64,000 nt of DNA from Nitrosopumilus sp. GTDB lineage: Archaea; Thermoproteota; Nitrososphaeria; Nitrososphaerales; Nitrosopumilaceae. Location of the stretch: positions 40,572 to 104,571 of the forward strand of contig CBDCWS010000001.1 of the NCBI GenBank assembly GCA_965223425.1, written 5' to 3'. The notes beneath the pieces were generated by a model. That model saw only the letters and a program-made list of their open reading frames with translations. It searched no databases and had not been told where the DNA came from. Both the position numbers and the translations under genes were made by a program. The first letter of the stretch is position 1, and each line of letters starts with the position of its first letter. Shown here in pieces: positions 1 through 8,956 of this stretch.

Positions 1-784
1 ATCCGATAGTGGCGTCTTTCCACTTTCTGTTTCTGCTTATACCAGTTGTTAGAGAGAAACACTTTCTTACTAAGCCTGCGTTGCTCACGTTTGAGTTTTC
101 GCTCATTCGGACGGGCGAGAGTTGCTTCGCGAAGCCGAATCAACGGAAACCGCAGGATTGGCTTTGCAATCCTGCTCTCGCCCGTCCGCAACGTTTCAAA
201 GGTCTTGGGTTCGGATACTGCTTACCGTTATCAAGTGTGGCGAGTGAGTTGATACCTACGTCTATACCGACAACAGGGAGTCCACGTGTATCACGAGGAA
301 CATTTGGTGTTCCTGTGTCTACCGTTATAGATACAAACCACCTATGTGCCGTTCTTGATATGGTAATCTTTACAATCTCACCTTTAAACCGTAACTTCTG
401 AAACATACGCACCCGCCCAATCTTTGGGAGGCGGATACGTTTACCTTTTATTGTGACCGAGTTCGGGTCAGTGCTATAAGATTGACGGTCTCTGCGTTTC
501 TTTTTCTTTGGAAACCTGCTTTGTCCGCTTCGCCACCGTGATATAGCGTCCCCAAGGTGCTTTATGCCAAATAAGGCTGCGCGCTGATCCATGTCTTTTG
601 CCCATTCTATACCGCGTTTGGCAATGTTAAAACGCTTATTGAGTTCTTTCCAGTGACGAGGCTCGTTTTTAAAATCAGATAGTCCATAGTTATACGCAAA
701 CCGAGAATAACCGCATTGCTGCGAAAACCATGAACGCTGCTCGTCAGTTGTGTCTAATGCTATCTTATGTGATTTGATCGCCAT
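1..784 (-). pseudogene. tnpB: TnpB (IS200/IS605/IS607 OrfB) RNA-guided nuclease, interrupted by an 83-bp insertion; runs off the left edge
   Basis: N-terminal HTH (QQCGYSRFAYN), LPKIG and RuvC-I VGIDVG motifs. Removing 107-189 restores the frame RPLKR-Y-ERKLKREQRRLSKK...HYRI, which parallels the TnpB at 6222-7316. Confidence 0.9.
107..189. repeat. Cruciform MITE/REP-like insertion inside tnpB
   Basis: 14-bp perfect terminal inverted repeat CGGACGGGCGAGAG (108-121 / 175-188); internal hairpins GCTTCGCGAAGC and GCAGGATTG..CAATCCTGC. Confidence 0.85.
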
Positions 785-808
785 TTGGGTTGCTCACGTA
801 TCACGCCG

Positions 809-872
809 TTAACCCCTTTCCAGTGGGTAGGCAAGCACGCCACCGAGAGGTGACGCTGGAAATACTTGCCAA
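809..872 (-). ncRNA. Putative pseudoknotted RNA in the tnpB 5' leader (copy 1)
   Basis: 64-nt block homologous to 7337-7400, with compensatory changes in P1, P2 and P3. Confidence 0.7.
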
Positions 873-1014
873 GACGAAAAAAGTCAAATCTTTTTTGGAC
901 TCCTGCACGAGCGTTACAGGGCTGGACCCCGGTTTATGCCATAAGGCATAAATACCGTTGATTCACCTAAAGGATTGGGATTGTTAAGGAAGTCCCTTCA
1001 TAGGTATATCCAAT

Positions 1015-1050
1015 AAAAAAAGGGAGTGTGTAGGGACACACCCCCTTTTT
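1015..1050 (-). terminator. Intrinsic terminator downstream of the large LTD protein gene
   Basis: Minus strand GGGGGTGTGT-CCCT-ACACACTCCC followed by a T-run; T-run also on the other strand. Confidence 0.8.
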
Positions 1051-1124
1051 CTTTTTAACAAAAGGTTAGTTCAAACATTATTTCATCCCTGAAATAACCT
1101 ATTTAGTTCTGCAAGCCTCGATTC

Positions 1125-4100
1125 TTATTGGTTCTTCAAGTCACCCCATGTCGTGGTAACTTTACCGGCTGCAGAAACATGTCCTTTCAGACGAGTGGTT
1201 GCCAACGCTGTGCGTTTACCATCCAAAGAAACATCTTCGATCTGGTAGTAGTAAACGACGTTGGGTTTCGCGGTTGTGTCTTTCCACTCGTAGACGTGCT
1301 GTTCAGACGTTGTGCCGTGTCCAGCAACGATGCCTTTGAGGTTGACAACCTTGTATTCGCCTTTCTTCGTTTCACTCCGCAAGATATTGAATCCAGCGTT
1401 GTTCAACTCAGATTGCGTGATCCAACGGATAACAACATCACCAGTGGCTTGGTCGCGCAACGGACGGAAACTCGACAGTGAAACTGGGAGTGGACTTCCT
1501 TGACGATGTCCGGGCGACGCTATATCATCGGTATCACCGTAATAGGTTTGCGGCACGAGATTCGTCATTGAAGCGAGAATCCAACCCGCTGCGGTTGTGC
1601 CATCATCGGCATCGCTACTGGTATACCGCCTTAGGAGAGAACTCCGTCCATCGTCGGACATTGGCAATGCCCATGCCGGCGCATCGTCAGTCTTTGCATT
1701 GCTGTCAATGTTTCCAACCGAATCCGCTACAACATCGCGTGCATCACTTAGCGAGATGTAGAAACCTTCAATGCTCAGTATGCTATCGCGCTGGCTGTTC
1801 ATCTCAAGCTTCTGACGATGTTTGGCGTAGAGGTTATAGACACTGGTATCCGGAATATCCGAAGAACGTCTACCGCTACCGGAGACAATCAAAGCTGTCT
1901 GGTTCGGCGCGACAATCAGGTCGCCATCAATTTTCAGCGTCGTGCTTGTGCGGCCATCCAAGTCTGCGGAATTGACGTTTAGAATCTTCAATTCCCAACC
2001 GTTGATGTTAATCGCCTGTGTCCGCGAGGCGTTGTAAATCTCAATCCACTGTGGCAGATTCCGCCGTGTTTGATCAACCATAACTTCGCTGATACTGATC
2101 ATGCCTGTGAACTTCGCCTTACTGTCGGCATCAAAGTACTCAGCTTGGACAGCGTCGTTGGCATAGCCGGGTGTGCCAGAATTGAAAGTGGTTTTGTTCC
2201 GATCAACACCTAAACCCGTGACACCAGCATCACCTACCCAAGAATCACCGTGGAAAAGGGCTTTAGCTGTGTCAAGTCTCCAGGTCTTGTCATCGTTCAT
2301 ACCCAGATCATCCTTTGCACCAGCACCAACGGATCTCAGGGGCCAGGCATCGGTGTTATAATTCGGGTCGTCATCCACTAATCCGAAATACCCACCATTA
2401 CCGGCTGCGACATCAACAATCTTCTCATGCGACCCCGCTTTTACCTCTGTCCGAAGGATAAGGAAGAACTTACCCGTGTCGGGCAGCTCCAAGTCGGCAT
2501 CTACATAATACAGCGTGTCAACGCCCTGCTTGGACGAATTCGGATCCGCAACGTTCTGACCCACAGCGAGACTTGTATCGGCAGGATCGGTGTTTACGAT
2601 AACCAGATACCCACCCCCAGGGATCACGATGTCTTCATCTGCGTCAGCAAAAGTAACAATCGCCACATCCTTCTTAGCGTGAGCGTCAGTATCATCAGTG
2701 GCAACCAATTCCGCGCTAACCATGCTAAGCACATATTTCTTGATATCCACCGATCCGGTCTTCTGATTGTGGAGTTCAATCCACTCATGCTTGGCTGCAG
2801 AACGGTTGGCGATCTCGTTGAAGATAACACCATCACGAGCAACGGTATCTGCTGCGTCTGCAGAGATGATGTTTATGATCTGATCTTGACCCGGTGTGGC
2901 ATAGCGATTACCTGTCTGGTACCTGCCACGGTTGGCTTCGTCTTCCTTCCAGCTCCCATTACGAGTGCCATCGGGAATCGCATTCAACTGATCTGCGCGA
3001 TTCTTATCGGTCTTCACGCGATCCTTGTGGTTGATGTTACGATACATTGAGACGAACGCTATGGGTGAAGAAGCAGGAATACCATTACCCGCTAAGTTCC
3101 CAAGGCTACCGTTTTGACCGTAACTGCCTGATGTGACATTCCATTGACCTAAGCCCCAGTTGCTCATCCTATCAGTCGTATTCGCAGCTTTGTCTCCGGG
3201 GTTCCCACTGGTCATATTCAATGTCCACATCCCAGGTTTTGCATTGGCAACGACTACACTATCTTTACTTACCTGTGTCGAATCCGCTGCAACATAGAGC
3301 TCAATCCACTGACTCTGTGTCTGGACTATGCCTGGAAGCGGAGTCGCATCGGCAGCCCACATGATTTCACTGATAACGACATCCTTATCGAGAGATCCCG
3401 TCGGACCTACTAGGTCGATAGCACCACCGCCGAAGCGGAAGAACCCTTCTAAGTCTGTCCACAGCGCATCAGGAACTACAGTTGTCGATACGTTGGCAGC
3501 AGCAAGCTTAATATCATTCAGCGCCGTTGCGGGCTGAAGAATTATATAGTCACCTGCTTGTAATGCAGCGGCATCAAGCATAAATGTTATCGCACCAGCT
3601 GCACCAGCAGCGACTGGGTTCATCGTGCCACCTATCACCACAGGCACAGGCGTTTCACCGCTTGTCGTAGCGACAGTGATCGTAAACGTCAGCGTGGCTG
3701 CTGTCTCTGCTGCATCTGACGACGTGGCTGTATAGGTATACATCGTTGCTGCCATCGCCGCAGTTGGCGTGCCAGAGAGCATACGCGTCGCCGCAGTGAA
3801 AGTTAAACCCGCAGGGAGTGTCGGGGTGATTGTGTAAGTGGTCGTGTCAGTAGCGTCTGCGTCTGTCGCCGCAGGCAACGTCACAGATGCAATCGCTGTG
3901 CCGGCAGTCGCGGATACAGCTGTAATAGATGTACCTGCTGCGAACGCAGGATTGTTCTGAGTAACAACGGCAGGTGCCGTCCGTGCTGCCAAGGTAACAG
4001 TAGCCGTCGCCGTTCCTGTGTTGCCTGACATATCGGAACCAGTCACTGTGAGTGTAACTGCGGTTTCGGCAATATCGCCCGTCGTCGCAGTCGCAGCTAA

Positions 4101-5468
4101 CGGTGTAATCGTAACCATGTAGGTATCGGTAGTTGCTCCAGCAGCAACAGCTGAAATCATGTAATTACCGGCTGCGGGTGTTGGGCTTCCTGTAACCGTC
4201 GGCATCCCTGTAGCAGGATTGACTTCGGTAACTCTGAAGGCAAGCGTAACCGCAGCACTTTGTGCCGCCGTAGGCGGTGCTGTGATAGCCACAACCGGAT
4301 CTGTAGTGTCTGGTGTTGGTGGACCCATGCCAACCATCGTCGTTGGAGGTGCCGTATTAGTAATCTTCTTGGAATACGCTTCTGACGTGGTTAGAGTCAG
4401 CGGCGGGTCTGCCAAACGATCATACTGTACAATTGCCACATACGTTTGACTTGCATCCGTTGGCATACGCTCGGCTTTTGGTGTAACGTGACTCAGCTCA
4501 ACCGTTGCCATATTTTTGTCTGTCGCAACAAGATTTTCAAGATCAAAATCCTTTATAATAGGATCAGCCCCTGTGAATGTAACCTCCACCTTGAAAGTCC
4601 TTGCTTCAGGATCATGGCTATCGTCAACAATATTAATGGCTACAGCGGGATTAACCTTTATTACTGGCGGAATTGTTTCAGATGTGACATCTTTTGCCGC
4701 CACATAAGATTCCTCCAATGTTACTGTTAAGTCAGGTGCGCCGGCTGGGTGGGTTATGCTTCCTGTGAAGACCCAATCACCATCTGCATTTACGGCGGTA
4801 GGAGCAGCGTTAAGTGTAGGAGCAGCATCAATATAACTGGGTTCGACCTTAACCTTAGCATCCGTAAGCCCTGGATCCGCATCTGCATCTGTAAACGTGA
4901 AAGTCAGCTTATAATTCTGACCGTCAGTGGGGTCCGTGTCGGTATCATCCAGTTCTGCCGTAATGACAACCTTTTGATCAAGCAATTCAGGCGGAAGGGA
5001 GAACCGCATGCTATTCTCAACGTTCCCTTTACCACCAACCAAAGTGCTGGTAAACGCATCTTCTGGTACGGATACGTGAAAGCCAACAGCAGTAGCAGCA
5101 ACAGCTGGGGTAAGAGTACCCAACCCTGTTGTAAGATTAATAGTCTTGCTGTAACTTTTATTGTCGGTACTTCTATCATTTGTAACAAGATTCGCGTCTA
5201 TAGGATCAGCACCTAACCCCACATCGTCCTTATCATAGAATTGGTAAGTAACCTCTTTATCAGCCGCAGTACTAGGATCACCAACAGGCTCTGTCAAAGC
5301 GATTTTCAGTATAAAAGCACCTCGCTCTGACGGTGCAGTAGCCGTACCAGCATCCGTAATCGTCACCGTTGGCCCGCCCTCCGCTGCCATCACAGAAGTC
5401 GCAACGAAAGCGAACATTAGTAAAAAAACTAAACTCGTCAAGGAAAATGTCAATTTATTTGACAACAT
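1125..5468 (-). CDS. Large secreted/surface protein with Ig-like (He_PIG-like) and lamin-tail domains and a Poribacteria-type C-terminal module
   Basis: Signal peptide after MLSNK (AGGAGG RBS upstream, so start placed at 5468); LPAGLTFTAATRMLSGTPT Ig motif; three LTD-like segments (VVISEIMW..QWIELY, VIFNEI..EWIELHN, ISISEVM..QWIEIYN); ends PVSLSSF...GKVTTTWGDLK. Confidence 0.85.
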   Translation of the reverse strand: MLSNKLTFSLTSLVFLLMFAFVATSVMAAEGGPTVTITDAGTATAPSERGAFILKIALTEPVGDPSTAADKEVTYQFYDKDDVGLGADPIDANLVTNDRSTDNKSYSKTINLTTGLGTLTPAVAATAVGFHVSVPEDAFTSTLVGGKGNVENSMRFSLPPELLDQKVVITAELDDTDTDPTDGQNYKLTFTFTDADADPGLTDAKVKVEPSYIDAAPTLNAAPTAVNADGDWVFTGSITHPAGAPDLTVTLEESYVAAKDVTSETIPPVIKVNPAVAINIVDDSHDPEARTFKVEVTFTGADPIIKDFDLENLVATDKNMATVELSHVTPKAERMPTDASQTYVAIVQYDRLADPPLTLTTSEAYSKKITNTAPPTTMVGMGPPTPDTTDPVVAITAPPTAAQSAAVTLAFRVTEVNPATGMPTVTGSPTPAAGNYMISAVAAGATTDTYMVTITPLAATATTGDIAETAVTLTVTGSDMSGNTGTATATVTLAARTAPAVVTQNNPAFAAGTSITAVSATAGTAIASVTLPAATDADATDTTTYTITPTLPAGLTFTAATRMLSGTPTAAMAATMYTYTATSSDAAETAATLTFTITVATTSGETPVPVVIGGTMNPVAAGAAGAITFMLDAAALQAGDYIILQPATALNDIKLAAANVSTTVVPDALWTDLEGFFRFGGGAIDLVGPTGSLDKDVVISEIMWAADATPLPGIVQTQSQWIELYVAADSTQVSKDSVVVANAKPGMWTLNMTSGNPGDKAANTTDRMSNWGLGQWNVTSGSYGQNGSLGNLAGNGIPASSPIAFVSMYRNINHKDRVKTDKNRADQLNAIPDGTRNGSWKEDEANRGRYQTGNRYATPGQDQIINIISADAADTVARDGVIFNEIANRSAAKHEWIELHNQKTGSVDIKKYVLSMVSAELVATDDTDAHAKKDVAIVTFADADEDIVIPGGGYLVIVNTDPADTSLAVGQNVADPNSSKQGVDTLYYVDADLELPDTGKFFLILRTEVKAGSHEKIVDVAAGNGGYFGLVDDDPNYNTDAWPLRSVGAGAKDDLGMNDDKTWRLDTAKALFHGDSWVGDAGVTGLGVDRNKTTFNSGTPGYANDAVQAEYFDADSKAKFTGMISISEVMVDQTRRNLPQWIEIYNASRTQAININGWELKILNVNSADLDGRTSTTLKIDGDLIVAPNQTALIVSGSGRRSSDIPDTSVYNLYAKHRQKLEMNSQRDSILSIEGFYISLSDARDVVADSVGNIDSNAKTDDAPAWALPMSDDGRSSLLRRYTSSDADDGTTAAGWILASMTNLVPQTYYGDTDDIASPGHRQGSPLPVSLSSFRPLRDQATGDVVIRWITQSELNNAGFNILRSETKKGEYKVVNLKGIVAGHGTTSEQHVYEWKDTTAKPNVVYYYQIEDVSLDGKRTALATTRLKGHVSAAGKVTTTWGDLKNQ

Positions 5469-5647
5469 TACGTATTTTCCTCCTAATCTATAGGAAATAA
5501 AAAACATTTACAATACACAGCACCGGTTTTGTACAACCCATGCCGTATCAAAACACTTTGGGAAATGTGAACCTCGTTTAGATATGACTCGCATTCCCAC
5601 GTAAAAACAAAGAACGGATCAGGGATTCTTTGACCATTCTCTTTGAT

Positions 5648-5878
5648 CTAACCTTGCGCCAACACCTTATTGGCATTGTCGCGCATAGCGAGGTGTTTTT
5701 CAACGACCGCCTTTTTCTCAGCGGCGATGAGGTCTTTTTCGGTCTCTATCCACAAAGGATGTTTTTTCATGCGAACGACTGTCGGCTTAGATGCGCCGAT
5801 TGTAACGGCGATCTCGTCATTGCTTTTTCCATTGAAAGCCAAATAACAGGCTTTAATAATGTCGCGATGTGAATACAT
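5648..5878 (-). CDS. Small HTH-type protein
   Basis: GAGGAG RBS; KSNDEIAVTIGASKPTVVRMK helix-turn-helix pattern. Confidence 0.55.
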   Translation of the reverse strand: MYSHRDIIKACYLAFNGKSNDEIAVTIGASKPTVVRMKKHPLWIETEKDLIAAEKKAVVEKHLAMRDNANKVLAQG

Positions 5879-6073
5879 CCTTATATCTCCTCTATATAGC
5901 CATGAATCAACCGAATCAATCAACCTTACCCCCTGCTATGTATATAGAATACAATTTTTAACGTATTAAGTCAAGAAAAATTACAAAAAATTTCAATTTT
6001 TATGCAGAATTGTTGAAAAAAGTCTAATTTTCACCAAATTTTACCCTAAAAAAGCGTTAAAGCCGACCAGAGT

Positions 6074-6240
6074 CCGTTGTGTAGGACTTAAACAAACCTT
6101 ACATTTCTGTTTGATTGTTGCCATGCTTCCTGTTTCAACGTCCACTGCCTCCAAACGAGGTCTTATATGAACTCCACAGGCGTTTTACTTCTCCTCGCAA
6201 CTCGTGGCGAAGTGTTAAAGGTTAAGTGGGACACAGATTG
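6074..6240 (-). ncRNA. Putative TnpB omega/reRNA scaffold at the element right end
   Basis: Directly follows the tnpB stop: ...AAACGCCTGTGGAG...TAAGACC...GTTGAAACAGGAAGC...GTAAGGTTTGTTTAAGTCCTACACAACGG, a pattern typical of TnpB right ends. Confidence 0.6.
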
Positions 6241-7316
6241 ATAGCCGCGTTGTGATCTCGATCGCATTCAAAACCGCATTCAGAACAGTGATAGGTGCGA
6301 TCCGAGAGCGTGAGGTCATCTTTCTTGTGTCCACAACTGCTACACGTTTTGCTACTCGCAAAGAACATATCGGCTTGTGTTATCGGTATACCGCGACGCT
6401 CTGCCTTGTATTTCAACATCGTTAGAAAGCGAGAAAAAGCCGAGTCGGATAAAGCCTTTGCCAACCTACGATTTTTCAAAAGTCCGCTGATATTCAGTGT
6501 TTCTATACCGATAGCAGCGGCACTTTTGACGATAGCCGTTGACGCTTTATGGTGTGCGTCCTCACGTATACAGGCAATGCGATAGTGGACTGCACCGAGT
6601 CGTTTCTTTGCTTTCTGCCAATTCTGTGAGCCTTTGCACTTACGTGATAAATCCTTGTTAGCACGTCTCAATTTGCGTTGATACCGCTTCAGAGGGCGTG
6701 GATTATCGTATACAACGCCATCAGAACACGTAGCGAGGGTGTTGATACCTACGTCAACGCCTATCGGCTCTCTATCGTCAAACAGGAGCGTTTGGTGTGT
6801 GTAATTGCTTTCGTTACACCGAACCAGTATAGAAACGAACCAGCGATCGTTACGCTTGGATACCACAACCTTAGAGACATCACCTTTAAACCGCAGTTCC
6901 TCACGCATCCGCACCCAGCCGATCTTGGGCAGATTGATACGCTTTTTGTAAACTTCAACCGTTCCTACGCCATTGTCGGCTTGATAGGAGATTCTATCAG
7001 ATCGTTTCTTATAGACGGGGAATCGGTTCTGTTTACTTTTCCAACGTTTCACGGCATCACCAAAGTTGTGGATAGCATTCTTGGACGCGTTCTGTGAGAG
7101 ATCGTTACACCATGCAAACTTATCAGGTTTGACGGCGTTAAACTCACGCTTGATGCCGTAAAGACTCCGCCATTCGTCAGCATCTAAGCCTGTCTTGAAA
7201 GACGACAAAGCAAAGTTGAAAGCAACGCGGGTATAGCCACAATGCTGCGCCATCAACGTGGATTGCTTGTTATTCGGGTTAAGTTCGATTTTCTGAGTTC
7301 GTAAAGGCAGCGTCAT
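6222..7316 (-). CDS. tnpB: TnpB RNA-guided endonuclease, apparently intact
   Basis: HTH, RuvC-I GVDVG, RuvC-II IETL, Zn ribbon CSSCG..CSECG, RuvC-III DRDHNAAIN. Confidence 0.95.
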   Translation of the reverse strand: MTLPLRTQKIELNPNNKQSTLMAQHCGYTRVAFNFALSSFKTGLDADEWRSLYGIKREFNAVKPDKFAWCNDLSQNASKNAIHNFGDAVKRWKSKQNRFPVYKKRSDRISYQADNGVGTVEVYKKRINLPKIGWVRMREELRFKGDVSKVVVSKRNDRWFVSILVRCNESNYTHQTLLFDDREPIGVDVGINTLATCSDGVVYDNPRPLKRYQRKLRRANKDLSRKCKGSQNWQKAKKRLGAVHYRIACIREDAHHKASTAIVKSAAAIGIETLNISGLLKNRRLAKALSDSAFSRFLTMLKYKAERRGIPITQADMFFASSKTCSSCGHKKDDLTLSDRTYHCSECGFECDRDHNAAINLCPT

Positions 7317-7336
7317 TGGTTACCAGTTACCAGCGT

Positions 7337-7400
7337 TTAACCCCTATCCAGTGGGTAGGCAGACACGCCACCTTGCAGTGACGCTGGATATGTCTGCCAA
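7337..7400 (-). ncRNA. Putative pseudoknotted RNA in the tnpB 5' leader (copy 2)
   Basis: See 809-872; G-U wobbles and a GCAA tetraloop favour the minus strand. Confidence 0.7.
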
Positions 7401-7411
7401 CTGGTATATAT

Positions 7412-7440
7412 ATTCTAACATTTGTGTGTTATTTTGTCAA
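7412..7440 (-). promoter_or_regulatory. Sigma70-type promoter driving the leader RNA and tnpB
   Basis: TTGACA-17 bp-TAGAAT on the minus strand, ending about 12 nt before the motif. Confidence 0.7.
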
Positions 7441-7899
7441 GAAAAAAGCCGAAGCCAATAGGAGTCCCAAGTTCCCATCGGCTTCAACATTTTAGTTTGA
7501 ATTTGGAGGAGTGAATGTTGCCAAACACTCAACCAATATTAACAATACGTTATTTATCACTTTTTGTCAAATTAAATCATAATAGAATGTAGTATACTCC
7601 TTATATCCGTTGGACAGGAATGCAAACGCCTGCATTCCTTGCAGGTGTCCTGTCCATCCTTTTGCATGGATAGAACGGATACGGATATTTTCCGTGGATA
7701 CTACATTCGGTCTATGAGTTATGGGGTTATGATCCCCCAATCGTTTGTAATGAGAGGTAGTTGCCTCTATAGGATTGTGTAGGTGTTCCCTCCACAACTG
7801 GCATATTAGAACCTCAACGATGAACCTAAGTATCAGTATATCTTGTGGGATTTAGAGATATTCTGTAGTTGTGCTTTGGCTGGCACCGCGATGTTTTGC

Positions 7900-8018
7900 G
7901 ATCGTGTCGGTCTGAGAAATCAGACAATCGGTCTATAAGAATGAAAGAGATACCCCACTCGCTGAAATAGGACGGGCATCTAAAGGAATCCCACTCCTTT
8001 AGGTGTGGGAGCAGTCAA
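7900..8018 (+). mobile_element. Orphan IS200/IS605-type right end (omega-RNA-like tail)
   Basis: GAATCCCACTCCTTTAGGTGTGGGAGCAGTCAA: subterminal hairpin plus terminal TCAA; no plus-strand tnpB nearby. Confidence 0.6.
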
Positions 8019-8188
8019 CGCTGTATTTGACGGTATTTCGGTTATGCCTGCCCTGTCTGCGTTCATGCTATTCTATGCGCGCCTCAAGACATTCGATCTC
8101 TTTTAGTTTCGAGTAGTATTCAGCGAAGTTTTCACCACCGCGTGGTCGCTTATGCCAACGCCAAAGTTTGCGCTTAGACTGCTGATAC

Positions 8189-8728
8189 TTACGTGCCAGG
8201 CTCTCCGCTCCTTACAGGAGGCACTTCATTGCCCCAGTAATCCCAGTCATTGTCGAAGTCAAAGATAGTTGGACGGGCAAAGAGTTCGATTTTCGGTAGG
8301 TTCGGGTGTGTTTTATCTATTGCTGTTCTTACTTGTAAAGGTTTCACGCTGTGTGTTCCTCGCCTAACTGATAAAACATACCCGTGGGTTTCCTCTATAG
8401 TGGATTCAGTAAAATTGCCGCGTGTACCTACAAGTATGAGTTCATGCTGATTGCGCGCCCAATATCCCATACCTGCAACCTTCTTATCCCATAGTATGTT
8501 GGTTTTGTATTCAAAGCCCCAAGCGTTCATTACTTCAAATGCTTCGGGAAATTTCGGTGCGGTTGCCCAAAGGTAAAGCACAGCATCCGTATGGCAAAAT
8601 TCCCCAACGTCAATCGCCTTGATGTCCTCTATAGCCATTGTAGGATAATGGTTTTCAATCTTACGGCTGTCTGATCTGCTAAAATCATACCGCCACGGGG
8701 GGTCGGCATAAATTACTTGATATTTCAA
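8189..8728 (-). CDS. MT-A70 family adenine methyltransferase
   Basis: IYADPPW catalytic motif, LYLW, WGFEYKT, HSVKP, IELFAR. Confidence 0.9.
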   Translation of the reverse strand: MKYQVIYADPPWRYDFSRSDSRKIENHYPTMAIEDIKAIDVGEFCHTDAVLYLWATAPKFPEAFEVMNAWGFEYKTNILWDKKVAGMGYWARNQHELILVGTRGNFTESTIEETHGYVLSVRRGTHSVKPLQVRTAIDKTHPNLPKIELFARPTIFDFDNDWDYWGNEVPPVRSGEPGT

Positions 8729-8956
8729 TGTCTAACCCCTTTTGAAGCGTTTTCCGCGCCTTCTTTTACGTGCCATGTTATCCACTTTTAGCTTGTGGAC
8801 ATTTCCAATCAGGGCATTCCTGCGCCATTTCAGTAAAAAATGTCCTACCAAGATTCGTAGTTATCAATGGATTCCCGTTCAAAAATCATCCCCCGCACTG
8901 CCTACCACTGCTCGGTGCTGTCGGCTTCCGGTTTGGCAACCCCGTAGAATACTGAG

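Larger units (their letters stand above)
6074..7398 (-). mobile_element. TnpB-only (IS607/IS1341-like) element; boundaries inferred
   Basis: Contains the leader motif, tnpB and a right-end-like sequence; a GG dinucleotide lies at both inferred ends (7397-7398, 6074-6075); no tnpA. Confidence 0.55.

Noticed and set aside
1128-5216. Plus-strand ORFs opposite the LTD gene, and similar shadow ORFs elsewhere (e.g. 14279-14759, 43828-44412, 51770-52588)
   Set aside because: Antisense shadows of well-supported genes, with no motifs or RBS.
7337-7400. HDV-like ribozyme or ZTP riboswitch
   Set aside because: The topology is similar, but the HDV P3/L3/P1.1 and J4/2 consensus and the ZTP conserved nucleotides are not present; left unassigned.
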